DNA from: Chloroflexota bacterium
Lineage (GTDB): Bacteria > Chloroflexota > Anaerolineae > J102
DNA: 59,593 nt
NCBI GenBank assembly: GCA_013152585.1
Contig: JAADGC010000132.1
Location: 1-59,593, forward strand
Direction of reading: 5' to 3'
Numbering within the stretch: the first letter of the stretch is position 1; the number at the start of each line of letters is the position of its first letter. The notes beneath the pieces were generated by a model. That model searched no databases. It worked only from the letters and a program-made list of their open reading frames with translations, and was not told the origin of the DNA. The position numbers were made by a program, and so were the translations under genes. This document shows, piece by piece, positions 9,886 through 18,698 of the stretch.

Positions 9886-11592
9886 GTGCAAGTCTTGCGA
9901 GTTAATACCGAAACCGGTTTGATCCACTACGAAGCTGTACCCGAACATTGGCAACGACTGGGCGGACGGGCGCTGGTGGCCCGTTTCTTGTTGGATGAAG
10001 TCCCCCCCACCTGCGAGCCACTCGGCCCCAACAACAAACTGATCTGGGCGCCGGGTCTGTTAGTGGGCCATATGCTTTCCAGCCTGGACCGCATTTCGGT
10101 GGGCGGCAAGAGCCCGCTAACCGGCGGCGTCAAAGAGGCCAACGCCGGCGGTACCACCGGCCTAAAAATGATCTGGCTGGGCCTGCATTCCCTGATTGTC
10201 GAAGGCGGCCCGGCCGCGGACGGACGCTGGCAAATTCTCCGCGTTGGCCTGGATGGAGCCAGCCTCGAAGACGCCGGTGATCTGGCTGGCCTGGGCTTGA
10301 AAGAGACCGCCATGCAACTGCTGAACCGCTACGGCCCCAAAATTGGCATTTCGGCCATCGGGCCGGCAGGAGAACGACTCTATCGCACCGCCGGCATTAC
10401 CCACATCGACAAAGACCGAAACCTAACCCGCATTTCGGCCAGAGGGGGATTGGGCGCAGTGATGGGGTGCAAGCGGCTCAAAGCCATCGTCTTCGACAAC
10501 CCCAAACCCCACCGCCCGCCGCTGGCCGACAAGACCCTCTTCAGAGATGCTTCCGCCCGCTATCTGCAAGGGTTACGTGAACATCCGCAAACATCCGAAA
10601 TCTACACCTTGTACGGCACGGCGGCGATGGTCAACTTTTGTAATTCACAGGGCGGTATGCCCACCCGTAACTTTTCCGCCGGCAGCTTTGAGGATGCCGA
10701 GGCCATCGGTGGCGAAGCTATCAAAGAATTGAACACCGAACGCGGCGGTGAAATTGCGCACGCCTGCATGCCGGGCTGCATCATTCGCTGTTCGAACCTG
10801 TATGCCGGGCCAGATGGCGAAACCCTGGTCACGCCTCTGGAATATGAAACCATTGGCTTGATGGGATCGAATCTGGGCCTGAACGATCCCGACGTCATTG
10901 CCAAGATGAACGACATCGCCAATGACATGGGCATGGACACCATTGATACCGGCGCCGCCCTGGGCGTGGCCGCCGAAGCCGGTTTGATGGCCTTTGGCGA
11001 TGGCAGCCGGGCCCTGGAATTGATGGAAGAAGTTCGGCAGGACACGCCACTGGGCCGGATTATCGGCAATGGGGCCGGTCTCGCCGGTAAGATTCTGGGG
11101 GTGATCCGGGTGCCGGTGGTCAAAAATCAGGCCTTATCTGCTTATGACCCCCGTGCTATCAAGGGCACCGGCGTTACCTTCGCTACCTCGCCTCAGGGTG
11201 CGGATCACACCTGCGGCCTGACCATCCGCGCCCAAGTTGACCACACTGATCCGGCCGGCCAGGCTAAGCTGTCGCAGGGGGTTCAATACAGCATGGCCGG
11301 TTACGATTCGTTGGGGGCTTGCATTTTTAGCGGGTCCGGCCTGGGCGCGGATGAGGCCATCGTCTCGGATTTGATCAACGGGCGTTACGGCTGGGGTGTT
11401 GGCCCAGATTACTTGCAACATTTGGGTCGGGAAACCATTCTGATGGAACGCGAGTTTAATCGTCGGGCCGGTTTTACCAACGCCGATGACCGGCTGCCCG
11501 AATGGATGACTGGCGAGGCTATCGCCCCCACCCATACCGTTTTTGACGTTCCCGACGCCGACTTGGACGCCATGTTTCGGCCAGAGTCTTGA
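9886..11592 (+). CDS. Aldehyde:ferredoxin oxidoreductase (AOR) family, tungsto/molybdopterin enzyme
   Basis: VQVLRVNTETGLIHYE matches the usual AOR N-terminus. GTG 9886 lies 10 nt after AGGAG (the ORF is also open from GTG 9817, overlapping the E2 stop). Cys cluster ACMPGCIIRC plus distal GACIFSG; pterin-region motifs GADHTCG and EREFNRRAGF. Confidence 0.8.
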   Translation: MQVLRVNTETGLIHYEAVPEHWQRLGGRALVARFLLDEVPPTCEPLGPNNKLIWAPGLLVGHMLSSLDRISVGGKSPLTGGVKEANAGGTTGLKMIWLGLHSLIVEGGPAADGRWQILRVGLDGASLEDAGDLAGLGLKETAMQLLNRYGPKIGISAIGPAGERLYRTAGITHIDKDRNLTRISARGGLGAVMGCKRLKAIVFDNPKPHRPPLADKTLFRDASARYLQGLREHPQTSEIYTLYGTAAMVNFCNSQGGMPTRNFSAGSFEDAEAIGGEAIKELNTERGGEIAHACMPGCIIRCSNLYAGPDGETLVTPLEYETIGLMGSNLGLNDPDVIAKMNDIANDMGMDTIDTGAALGVAAEAGLMAFGDGSRALELMEEVRQDTPLGRIIGNGAGLAGKILGVIRVPVVKNQALSAYDPRAIKGTGVTFATSPQGADHTCGLTIRAQVDHTDPAGQAKLSQGVQYSMAGYDSLGACIFSGSGLGADEAIVSDLINGRYGWGVGPDYLQHLGRETILMEREFNRRAGFTNADDRLPEWMTGEAIAPTHTVFDVPDADLDAMFRPES

Positions 11593-11903
11593 TCATAACC
11601 GGGCCACCCCCGCAAAAGAGTGCGCCTGCCCGCGATTGGCCCATGGTCTGTCCTTCAACTTACTCCTTCATCCATCATTGGTGATGGTCGTCAAAATGCC
11701 AGCCGGGCGCGTCAAGCAATAAGTCGCGTTTAGGCCAGCCATTTTGCACCCGGCGCAGGGTTACGTCCCAGGGGCGTACCCCACTCAGGCTGTCGGTGGC
11801 TTCAACATTGCAGGCACCCACGGCGGCGCCCAGCCATCCAATCCGGCAGAATGGGCCAATCGGCAGATATAGGCACCTGCGTTCAAGGTGGAAAAGGTAT
11901 GAT

Positions 11904-12599
11904 TCATCGGTTTGCTCCCGTGTAGTAGCGCGGATAATCATTGACCAGCAGGTGCAGCGGCGGCTCATCCTCCTGAATTTCGGGGAAGCGGCCTATGGGT
12001 TTGTAAAAACAGTTGTCAGTATTGTCGTCATTCACAGTTGAAACCTCGCCCACTAACACCCGGCTTTCAGCCCCCCAGAATTTGTGATAAAGACCAGATG
12101 GCAAGGTGATGCTTTCTCCAGGGCTCAAGACTACGGTATCGCCAGCCTTCACCATGCGCTTTACCCCGTCCATGCTTACAGTCACATCCGTATCGGCCAG
12201 GCCTTCATCTTCGGTAGAGTTATACAACTGAATGACCAGCTTACCCCCACCTCGATTGATGATGTCTTCGACTTTATTCCAGTGAAAGTGCATCGGTACG
12301 AATTGGTCGACACCAACGATCATAATCTTCTCGGCGTAGAGTTTGCCTATCCCTGTCCTAAGGTTTTCTGGAGTGCCGTTGCGAATGGTGAACAAGAATA
12401 AGCCAAAGTTCCAGTAATCATCTTGGCCAAAATCGGTGATGTCCCAACCCAACTGGTTTCCGACAATCTCATACACCTCTCGGCCTTTGGTTTTCCAATC
12501 TTCTGGAGTCCAGTAAGCAAAAGGGGGCAGATAAAATCCCTGCTTCCTGATGAAAGCATTTGCGTCGTGCATGATTGTGTTAATCTCTGATCGCTTCAT
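11904..12599 (-). CDS. D-lyxose/D-mannose ketol-isomerase family cupin
   Basis: 231 aa. MKRSEINTIMHDANAFIRKQGFYLPPFAYWTPEDW, PMHFHWNKVEDIINRGGG, LSPGESITLPSGLYHKFW and GEVSTVNDDNTDN closely follow the enterobacterial D-lyxose isomerase pattern as I remember it. GGAGGAAC RBS. Confidence 0.8.
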   Translation of the reverse strand: MKRSEINTIMHDANAFIRKQGFYLPPFAYWTPEDWKTKGREVYEIVGNQLGWDITDFGQDDYWNFGLFLFTIRNGTPENLRTGIGKLYAEKIMIVGVDQFVPMHFHWNKVEDIINRGGGKLVIQLYNSTEDEGLADTDVTVSMDGVKRMVKAGDTVVLSPGESITLPSGLYHKFWGAESRVLVGEVSTVNDDNTDNCFYKPIGRFPEIQEDEPPLHLLVNDYPRYYTGANR

Positions 12600-12687
12600 G
12601 AGAGGTTCCTCCTGTTTTGTTATCCATATCTGTCGATCGTAGCATCTCGTGGCGTATGTCGTAAGGGTATAGATGGCCTCGATTACC

Positions 12688-13599
12688 TTAACCCTTGACC
12701 GCGCCCAAGGTGATGCCCTTCACAAAGTACTGCTGGAAGGCCAGGAAAAAAACCAGCATAAAAAAGGCGCCAAACGTGCCGCCGGCCATCATCAGGCCGA
12801 TGTCCTGGGTCACCTTGCCGTAGGCGGGCACCCGGGTGATGAACGACACGCCAACGGGGATAGTGTACATAGACTTATCGGTAGCGACTAGTAAATGCCA
12901 CATAAAGTAGTTCCACGCCAGATTGAAGGTGAAGATGGCCAGTGCAGCCAGCGCGGGTGCTAGTAGAGGCACGGCGATGCGTGTGAACATTTGCCACTCC
13001 GATGCACCGTCTAACTTGGCGGCATCAAAGAGCTCGTCAGGAATGGTGCTGGCAAACTGCTTGACCAGGAAGACCCCAAATGGGGATGAAAGCATCGGCA
13101 GGGCCATGGCCAGATAGGTGCCAGGAACAGTGCTGGTCAGGTGCAGGCCGCTTACCAGCAGAAAGAGGGGAATGAGCATCACCTGGGTGGGCAGGAACAT
13201 AGTGCTCAACAGGATGAAGAAAAGCACATTCGACCCCGGGAAACGCTTCTTGGCGAACCCGTAGCCGGTCATAGCGGCGACGATGACCACCAAAACAACC
13301 GTCAGCATGGAGACAATAATGCTGTTCAGTAGCCAGCGCCAGGCCGGCCACGGACCAGTGAACAGGTTTGTCCAATTGCCCAAAGTGGGTTTGCTGGGGA
13401 AGAATTCCGGAGGCACAGCCATGGTGATGGTCTGCAACTTAAACGAGCCGGTGACCATCCAATACAGTGGCATCAGGAAAATGATAGCCAGCACTGTCAA
13501 AACGAGGTAACTGAACAGCCGGCCCAGCCTGCTCGACCAAAGCCCTCTATGATACGCCTTCTCATCGGATTTGCCGACTGTCGTAGTCGTGGTTGTCAT
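12688..13599 (-). CDS. CUT1 sugar ABC permease (MalG/UgpE-like)
   Basis: EAA loop DAAKLDGASEWQMFTRIAVPLLAP; six TM stretches. ATG 13599 (MTTTTTTVGK...) has a GAGGAA RBS; the longer ORF-track start would overlap the upstream gene. Confidence 0.85.
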   Translation of the reverse strand: MTTTTTTVGKSDEKAYHRGLWSSRLGRLFSYLVLTVLAIIFLMPLYWMVTGSFKLQTITMAVPPEFFPSKPTLGNWTNLFTGPWPAWRWLLNSIIVSMLTVVLVVIVAAMTGYGFAKKRFPGSNVLFFILLSTMFLPTQVMLIPLFLLVSGLHLTSTVPGTYLAMALPMLSSPFGVFLVKQFASTIPDELFDAAKLDGASEWQMFTRIAVPLLAPALAALAIFTFNLAWNYFMWHLLVATDKSMYTIPVGVSFITRVPAYGKVTQDIGLMMAGGTFGAFFMLVFFLAFQQYFVKGITLGAVKG

Positions 13600-13655
13600 A
13601 AGTGTTCCTCTATCCATCCCAAAGGACAATAACCTGCTCGCGTCATAATCATATC

Positions 13656-14552
13656 TTACACCTCGCTGCGATCCCACAAACGTAATTGGAGGAGGGTGAC
13701 GATGGCCACCAGGATCAACAGCACCACGCCGATGGCAGAAGCTTTGCCGTATTTGCTGGCAATGAAGGCGGTCTGGTAAATAAGGAAGACGAGTGACGTA
13801 CTGGAGCTAGACGGCCCGCCTTCGGTCAGCATATAGATCGTCTCCCAGACCTGAAAGACGCCGATGGTTTGGGTGGCAAGGACAAACAGAATCACGGGTC
13901 TCAGCAACGGCAAGGTGACATACCAGGTGCGCTGCCAGTTGTTGGCCCCGTCGACCACGGAGGCATCGAGGAGATCCTGGTTAAGGTTGGCCAGGGCGGC
14001 CAGAAACAAGATGATGGGTTGTCCGAGCGTGAAGGTCAGTACAACCATAGAAACTGCCCAAAAGCTATACCTGGTGCTGGCCAGCCAAAGAACCGGCTCG
14101 ATGCCCACCAGTCCCAGTAGGTAGTTCAGCAGGCCAAAGGTGGGGTTAAATATCCATAGCCAGACCACCGACAGGATCACACCGCCGGCCACCGCCGGCA
14201 GATAGAACGCTCCCCGGTAAAAGGATTGGGCCTTTATGCCTCTTGGGTGTATGAGTAGCGAGATCACCAGCGACAATCCGACGGTGGCCGGCACCACAAC
14301 CAGGACGTATTTGATGGTATTGAACAGGGCCTTCTGGAACTTAACGTTGGTAAATAGTCGCTCGTACTGTAGCAGTCCCACGAACTGGCGTTGGTCTATG
14401 GCGAAGGAGGCTTTGTAGAAAGAAAGACCGATAGCAACCGCGAGGGGCAAGAACATGAAGGCTATGAAGGCCAGATAACCCGGGGCGATGAACAGGTATC
14501 CTACCCGGTTACGCCAGATTTCTCTTCCGAGCCCTGTGAGTTTGGCTGTCAT
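13656..14552 (-). CDS. CUT1 sugar ABC permease (MalF/UgpA-like)
   Basis: EAA loop DASVVDGANNWQRTWYVTLPLLRP. ATG 14552 (MTAKLTGLGREIW...) is preceded by AAGGAG. Confidence 0.85.
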   Translation of the reverse strand: MTAKLTGLGREIWRNRVGYLFIAPGYLAFIAFMFLPLAVAIGLSFYKASFAIDQRQFVGLLQYERLFTNVKFQKALFNTIKYVLVVVPATVGLSLVISLLIHPRGIKAQSFYRGAFYLPAVAGGVILSVVWLWIFNPTFGLLNYLLGLVGIEPVLWLASTRYSFWAVSMVVLTFTLGQPIILFLAALANLNQDLLDASVVDGANNWQRTWYVTLPLLRPVILFVLATQTIGVFQVWETIYMLTEGGPSSSSTSLVFLIYQTAFIASKYGKASAIGVVLLILVAIVTLLQLRLWDRSEV

Positions 14553-14639
14553 ATCCGCTCCTTGTCGTGTTAGAGTAGGCGGCTGCCGGTGCACACTTCC
14601 CCGGCAGCCGCCAGGTTCAATTTCTTGCACCCTTGTGGC

Positions 14640-16049
14640 CTAGTCACATTCTGCGATAATTCCGTTAGCCTGTCCCACGAAATCATCCAGTATCTGTTGG
14701 ATGTCCGCATCCGGCTCCCAAAAGGCCTGTCGGGCCTCTGCCCAGGCCAGACGCACTTCGTTATAGTTGCAAGGAACGCCGGAGGAGTAGTAGTAATTCT
14801 TGGCGCCGTACTTCTGAACCACCGGCACCACCCAGGCCCAGTCGGGATCATCCGCCCAGGGATTCAGAGCATCATTGCGCACAGAGACCTCATTCCAACC
14901 AGCCGCGATTTGCACTCCTATCTCAGGCTGCTGAAGGTAATTGATGAAGTCCAGGATAACCGCCAGCTTCTTGGGGTTATCCTGCTTGAAAACGCTCCAG
15001 GCATGCGGATCCCAGGTGCCCATCGGCGTTGGTGGCGCGCCCGGCTTGTGCGGATAGTTCACCAGCAGGTACTCCATCGGCCCTTTGATGGAGCCATCTT
15101 CCAGACCGCGCGTGGTTACGCCGTTATACCAGAAGCCACCTCCGGTCATGGCGATCTCCTGGCGCTTCCAGTAACCATCCTGGTCGTCATCCACAAAGCC
15201 AGATGGCCCCGGCACTGTCAATCCTTCCTCCTGGAGGCTGTGCAGGAAAGTCATGGCCTCCACGCACTCCGGGCTATTGGCCACGTACTCTTGCTTCTCC
15301 TTGTCGTACAGATCGCAGCCCGGGAAGCCGCCAAACCAGTTGTTGAACGAGGTGTCAAAAGACGGGGTCTTAGCGAAGAACATGGTGCAGTAGCGGTTGG
15401 GCGGATCGTTGATGGCGCGGCAGGCTTTCAGGAACTCATCCGTCGTCCAGTTGCGATCGGGCTCCTGAGGCAGCAGATCCCCTAGCCCGGCCTCTTCGAA
15501 CATGGTTTTGTTGATGACGTAGGCAACGTAACCGGTGCCAATCGGGAGGGCCCAGATGCCGTCTGGCCCAGTGGTCACACTCAGTATACCAGGATCGTAT
15601 GCCGCTTTGTCCTTCTCGGTTATTGCTCCATCCAGTAGCTCCAGGAGACCGGCCTGGGCATACTTCTGGATGCGAAAGGTGCCATCATAGTAGATGTCGG
15701 GCGGCGTGCCGGCGGCCACGGCCGCGTCGACGAAGGTTGTGGTGCCGCCTGCCTCCACACCACGCAGGAAGAAGTTGATATTGACGCCGGGATGTTGCTT
15801 CTCGTATTCGTTGATCACCCGACTGTAGAAGTCCGACCACAGCTCCCCGGTGTCGGCCTTGGCCGAGCCCTCCGAGCCGAAAACCCACATGGTAATATCG
15901 ATGCGTTCGGGGGCCACCACTACAGTGACCTCCTTCTCGACCTCCTTGGTGACCACTACTTCCTTCTCAACAACCTGCGGTTGAGCGCACGCTGCCAACA
16001 GGAAAGCGGTGACCGCCATAAACAGAATTAGACGTATCTTTGTAAACAT
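14640..16049 (-). CDS. Extracellular sugar-binding lipoprotein (CUT1 SBP)
   Basis: Signal peptide with lipobox AFLLAAC followed by a repetitive EKEV linker; SBP_bac_1-like body. AGGAG RBS. Confidence 0.85.
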   Translation of the reverse strand: MFTKIRLILFMAVTAFLLAACAQPQVVEKEVVVTKEVEKEVTVVVAPERIDITMWVFGSEGSAKADTGELWSDFYSRVINEYEKQHPGVNINFFLRGVEAGGTTTFVDAAVAAGTPPDIYYDGTFRIQKYAQAGLLELLDGAITEKDKAAYDPGILSVTTGPDGIWALPIGTGYVAYVINKTMFEEAGLGDLLPQEPDRNWTTDEFLKACRAINDPPNRYCTMFFAKTPSFDTSFNNWFGGFPGCDLYDKEKQEYVANSPECVEAMTFLHSLQEEGLTVPGPSGFVDDDQDGYWKRQEIAMTGGGFWYNGVTTRGLEDGSIKGPMEYLLVNYPHKPGAPPTPMGTWDPHAWSVFKQDNPKKLAVILDFINYLQQPEIGVQIAAGWNEVSVRNDALNPWADDPDWAWVVPVVQKYGAKNYYYSSGVPCNYNEVRLAWAEARQAFWEPDADIQQILDDFVGQANGIIAECD

Positions 16050-16288
16050 TTTGTTCTCCTGACGAACTTATCATCTCAATAGAAGCGATTGATTGATGAC
16101 TTGCGTTTTCTACTAACAATTCATAGGCACACTCCTTTTCATCCATAGACAATCCGCCAGCAAGGCCCGCCATCCGTCAAACCGTTTCACATCTGCCGAC
16201 CCTCCCACGTTGCACACCCCCCGGGGATGCTGGTCCAACCCTCCGCCTGGTTTCGACACGTGCTGCCCGCGCAGTGGATCTCGAACTG

Positions 16289-16999
16289 TTACGCATCAGG
16301 CAGGCTCGTGGCACGGCGGATGCGTTCCTGTAGATGTCTGAAGTGGTGCATCATGTGTTGCCGCGCCAGGTCTTCATCGCGGGCTTTTACGGCATCCAGA
16401 ATGGCCACGTGGTTTTCGAGCTCTTCTTCCAGCCGGTTCACATCTTGAATAATCGGATTATCAAGATTCTCATAAGCGATCCAGAACACTTCGAAAAGAT
16501 TCATGAAGGTCTGATTGTTCAGGGTACCATACAGAATGCGGTGAAACTCTTCGTCCAGGTCTCTGTGAGGCTCTCCGGCTTGAACTCTTTCCTTCCAGAC
16601 ATCCATCAATGCTTCAAGCCGGTCCAGGTCGTCCGTGCTGATTTGTTTAACTACATATTCGATGGCCGCCCGCTCCAACAAGACCCGAATCTGGGCCAAC
16701 TCTGCCAACGTGTTCGTATCAAAACGTATACCATAATTGAGGGTTTCAAGAATGGGGTCAAAGGTATAGGGGCGTACGTAAAGTCCATCGCCACGCCGGA
16801 CTTCGATGATGCCCAGCGATTGTAGGGCCTTGATCGCTTCCCTGACAGAGCCGCGCCCAACTCCCAACTCTTCAGCCAGTTGCGTTTCTGATGGGAGGGG
16901 GTCGCCTGCACTCAACCCTTGATCCAAAATATACTGTTTGACGTAATCGCGAATGGCTTGGTTCAGAGCCGGTCTTTGAAGTAGTTTTGTCATAGGCAA
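16289..16999 (-). CDS. GntR-family (FadR/FCD subfamily) transcriptional regulator
   Basis: Winged HTH LPSETQLAEELGVGRGSVREAIKALQSLGIIEVRRGDGLYV, then an all-helical FCD-type C-domain. Confidence 0.9.
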   Translation of the reverse strand: MPMTKLLQRPALNQAIRDYVKQYILDQGLSAGDPLPSETQLAEELGVGRGSVREAIKALQSLGIIEVRRGDGLYVRPYTFDPILETLNYGIRFDTNTLAELAQIRVLLERAAIEYVVKQISTDDLDRLEALMDVWKERVQAGEPHRDLDEEFHRILYGTLNNQTFMNLFEVFWIAYENLDNPIIQDVNRLEEELENHVAILDAVKARDEDLARQHMMHHFRHLQERIRRATSLPDA

Positions 17000-17063
17000 T
17001 CCTCACTTTTTTATCTAAGCAATAGTTATCTGAAATTGGGTCGCCTTCTTTTGATATAGGCTA

Positions 17064-17092
17064 TTGACATCGACTTCGATATAGGTTATAAT
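17064..17092 (+). promoter_or_regulatory. Consensus sigma70-type promoter for the 20-gene + strand operon
   Basis: TTGACA (17064-17069), exactly 17 nt, TATAAT (17087-17092). It lies in the AT-rich divergent region between the GntR gene and the first dehydrogenase gene. GATATAGG occurs on both sides of the -35 (17053-17060, 17078-17085). Confidence 0.6.
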
Positions 17093-17099
17093 GCTTATA

Positions 17100-17119
17100 G
17101 GATGTCGGATGTCTGACAT
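17100..17119 (+). promoter_or_regulatory. Candidate GntR operator overlapping the predicted transcription start
   Basis: GGATGTC GGATGTC direct repeat (17100-17113) running into the perfect 11-bp palindrome ATGTCTGACAT (17109-17119). This is a GT-N-AC type core as used by GntR-family proteins. Confidence 0.45.
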
Positions 17120-17187
17120 ATTTCTGATTCTATCATAACTTGGTCTGAATGTCAATAGCCTCTCCAGACAAGAGAAAACGGTATACT

Positions 17188-18246
17188 ATGATGAAAGCAG
17201 TTGTCTATTACGCCCCCGGTGATATCCGAGTTGAGGATCGGCCAGAACCTGAACCGGCAGAAGACAATCTAATCGTGGAGGTTCGCTGTTGTGCCATCTG
17301 TGGCACTGATCTCAAGCTGGCGACCATCGGTAATCCGCGTTGTCATCCCCCGCGCATCATCGGCCACGAGTTGGTGGGCTATATTGTGCATGTCGGTTCG
17401 CAGGTCCAAGGTTTTGCCACAGGTGAACGGATAACATTGGCCACCACCATGGCTTGCGGTGATTGTCCCTATTGCGATCTGGGCCTGGGCAACCTGTGTC
17501 CCAATGCCAAACCCATCAGTTATGATTTCGATGGCGGATTTGCAGAGCGATTGGCGATTCCCCCGCTGGCGATCGTTAACGGCAACGTGATTAAAGTGCC
17601 CGACTCCGTCTCAGATGAGGCGGCAGCATTGAGCGAACCTCTGAGTTGTGTACTTAATGCCCTGGAGCTCGCTAACGTGAAGGCCTGCGGCAGTGTTCTC
17701 ATTATTGGCGGTGGGCCATTGGGGGCCTTACACGCTGAAGCAGCAAAGGCCCTGGGGGTGAAAAAAGTGATGATCGTGCAACGCTCGGAACCAAGGCTGT
17801 CTTTGCTGCGTAAACTTGGCGGTGTCAGGGTGATCAATGGCGCTCAAGAGGATGTGTTGTCTGTGGTTAGGGAGCAGACGGGAGGACTGGGGGCTGACTT
17901 GGTTTCCGTCTGTGCGCCGACACGTGAGGCTCAAGAGAAATCAATTCATTTTGCCCGCAAAGGTGGTACGGTTAGCCTGTTCGCCAGTCTGCCGAAAGAT
18001 GCGCCGGACATCACGCTAAACAGTCGCGTTGTGCATTACGGTGAGCTACGCATTGTCGGGGCGTCGGACTCGCGGCCGGAGCACGTGGCGAAAGCCGTGC
18101 GGCTGATGGCTGAGGGAAAGATGGACACAACCCCCATTATTACCCATCGCATATCACTTGAAGATATCCACGAAGGTTTAGATCTAATGAAAAACAAACA
18201 GTCATTGAAAGTCTTGGTCTATCCTCATAAAAGCAGAAAATCATGA
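17188..18246 (+). CDS. Zn-dependent medium-chain dehydrogenase (sorbitol/threonine dehydrogenase-like)
   Basis: MMKAVVYYAPGDIRVE start (ATG 17188). GHELVGYIVHVG, structural-Zn cluster CGDCPYCDLGLGNLC, NAD fold LIIGGGPLG. Confidence 0.9.
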   Translation: MMKAVVYYAPGDIRVEDRPEPEPAEDNLIVEVRCCAICGTDLKLATIGNPRCHPPRIIGHELVGYIVHVGSQVQGFATGERITLATTMACGDCPYCDLGLGNLCPNAKPISYDFDGGFAERLAIPPLAIVNGNVIKVPDSVSDEAAALSEPLSCVLNALELANVKACGSVLIIGGGPLGALHAEAAKALGVKKVMIVQRSEPRLSLLRKLGGVRVINGAQEDVLSVVREQTGGLGADLVSVCAPTREAQEKSIHFARKGGTVSLFASLPKDAPDITLNSRVVHYGELRIVGASDSRPEHVAKAVRLMAEGKMDTTPIITHRISLEDIHEGLDLMKNKQSLKVLVYPHKSRKS

Positions 18247-18698
18247 TACTTGCCACCAGACATACCGGCATCGTGGTGCAGGACATGGAGAAGTGCCTTC
18301 ATTTCTGGCAGGACATCATGGGGCTGGAGATAGCGATAGACTTCTGGGAAAGGGGCGAGTTTATCGACACCGTTCAACAATTGAGCGGCGTAAATCTACA
18401 CATGATAAAACTGACCGCGCCTGACGGTTCGGTGATCGAGCTCCTCAAAGATGAAGCACACCCAACGCCCCCTCCGGAAGGGAACAGAATGTGCGATAGA
18501 GGCATTCGTCACATTGCTTTTACGGTGGCCGACGTGGAGAAATCGTGGCGGATTCTGCGTGATAATGGCTGTGAGGTGTTGAGCAAGCCTGTATACGCAC
18601 CAGATGGAAAAGCAAAGCTTTTTTTTGCCCGTGACCCTGAGGGAAACCTACTCGAGATCGTTCAAGTTTTGAGCCTCGCAGGAGGGAACGATGCGTAA
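18243..18698 (+). CDS. VOC/glyoxalase-family protein
   Basis: 151 aa with two beta-alpha-beta-beta-beta modules (HTGIVVQDMEK..., IRHIAFTVADVEK..., DPEGNLLEIVQ). ATGA overlap with the upstream gene. Confidence 0.75.
   Translation: MILATRHTGIVVQDMEKCLHFWQDIMGLEIAIDFWERGEFIDTVQQLSGVNLHMIKLTAPDGSVIELLKDEAHPTPPPEGNRMCDRGIRHIAFTVADVEKSWRILRDNGCEVLSKPVYAPDGKAKLFFARDPEGNLLEIVQVLSLAGGNDA

Noticed and set aside
11675-11968. 97-aa minus-strand ORF in the convergent gap after the AOR gene, ending ...NGWPKRDLLLDAPGWHFDDHHQ
   Set aside because: Its ATG-containing 5' part overlaps the 3' end of the lyxose isomerase gene in another frame, and there is no RBS. The non-overlapping part is under 75 codons and I cannot recognise a family. 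It might be a small real gene or a remnant, but it is not supportable from sequence alone.
14589-15485. 298-aa + strand ORF
   Set aside because: It is antisense to the CUT1 SBP gene and has no RBS or motif. 4598-5326 (-) inside the DUF4432-like gene and 7341-8039 (-) across the E1 alpha/beta genes were rejected for the same reason.
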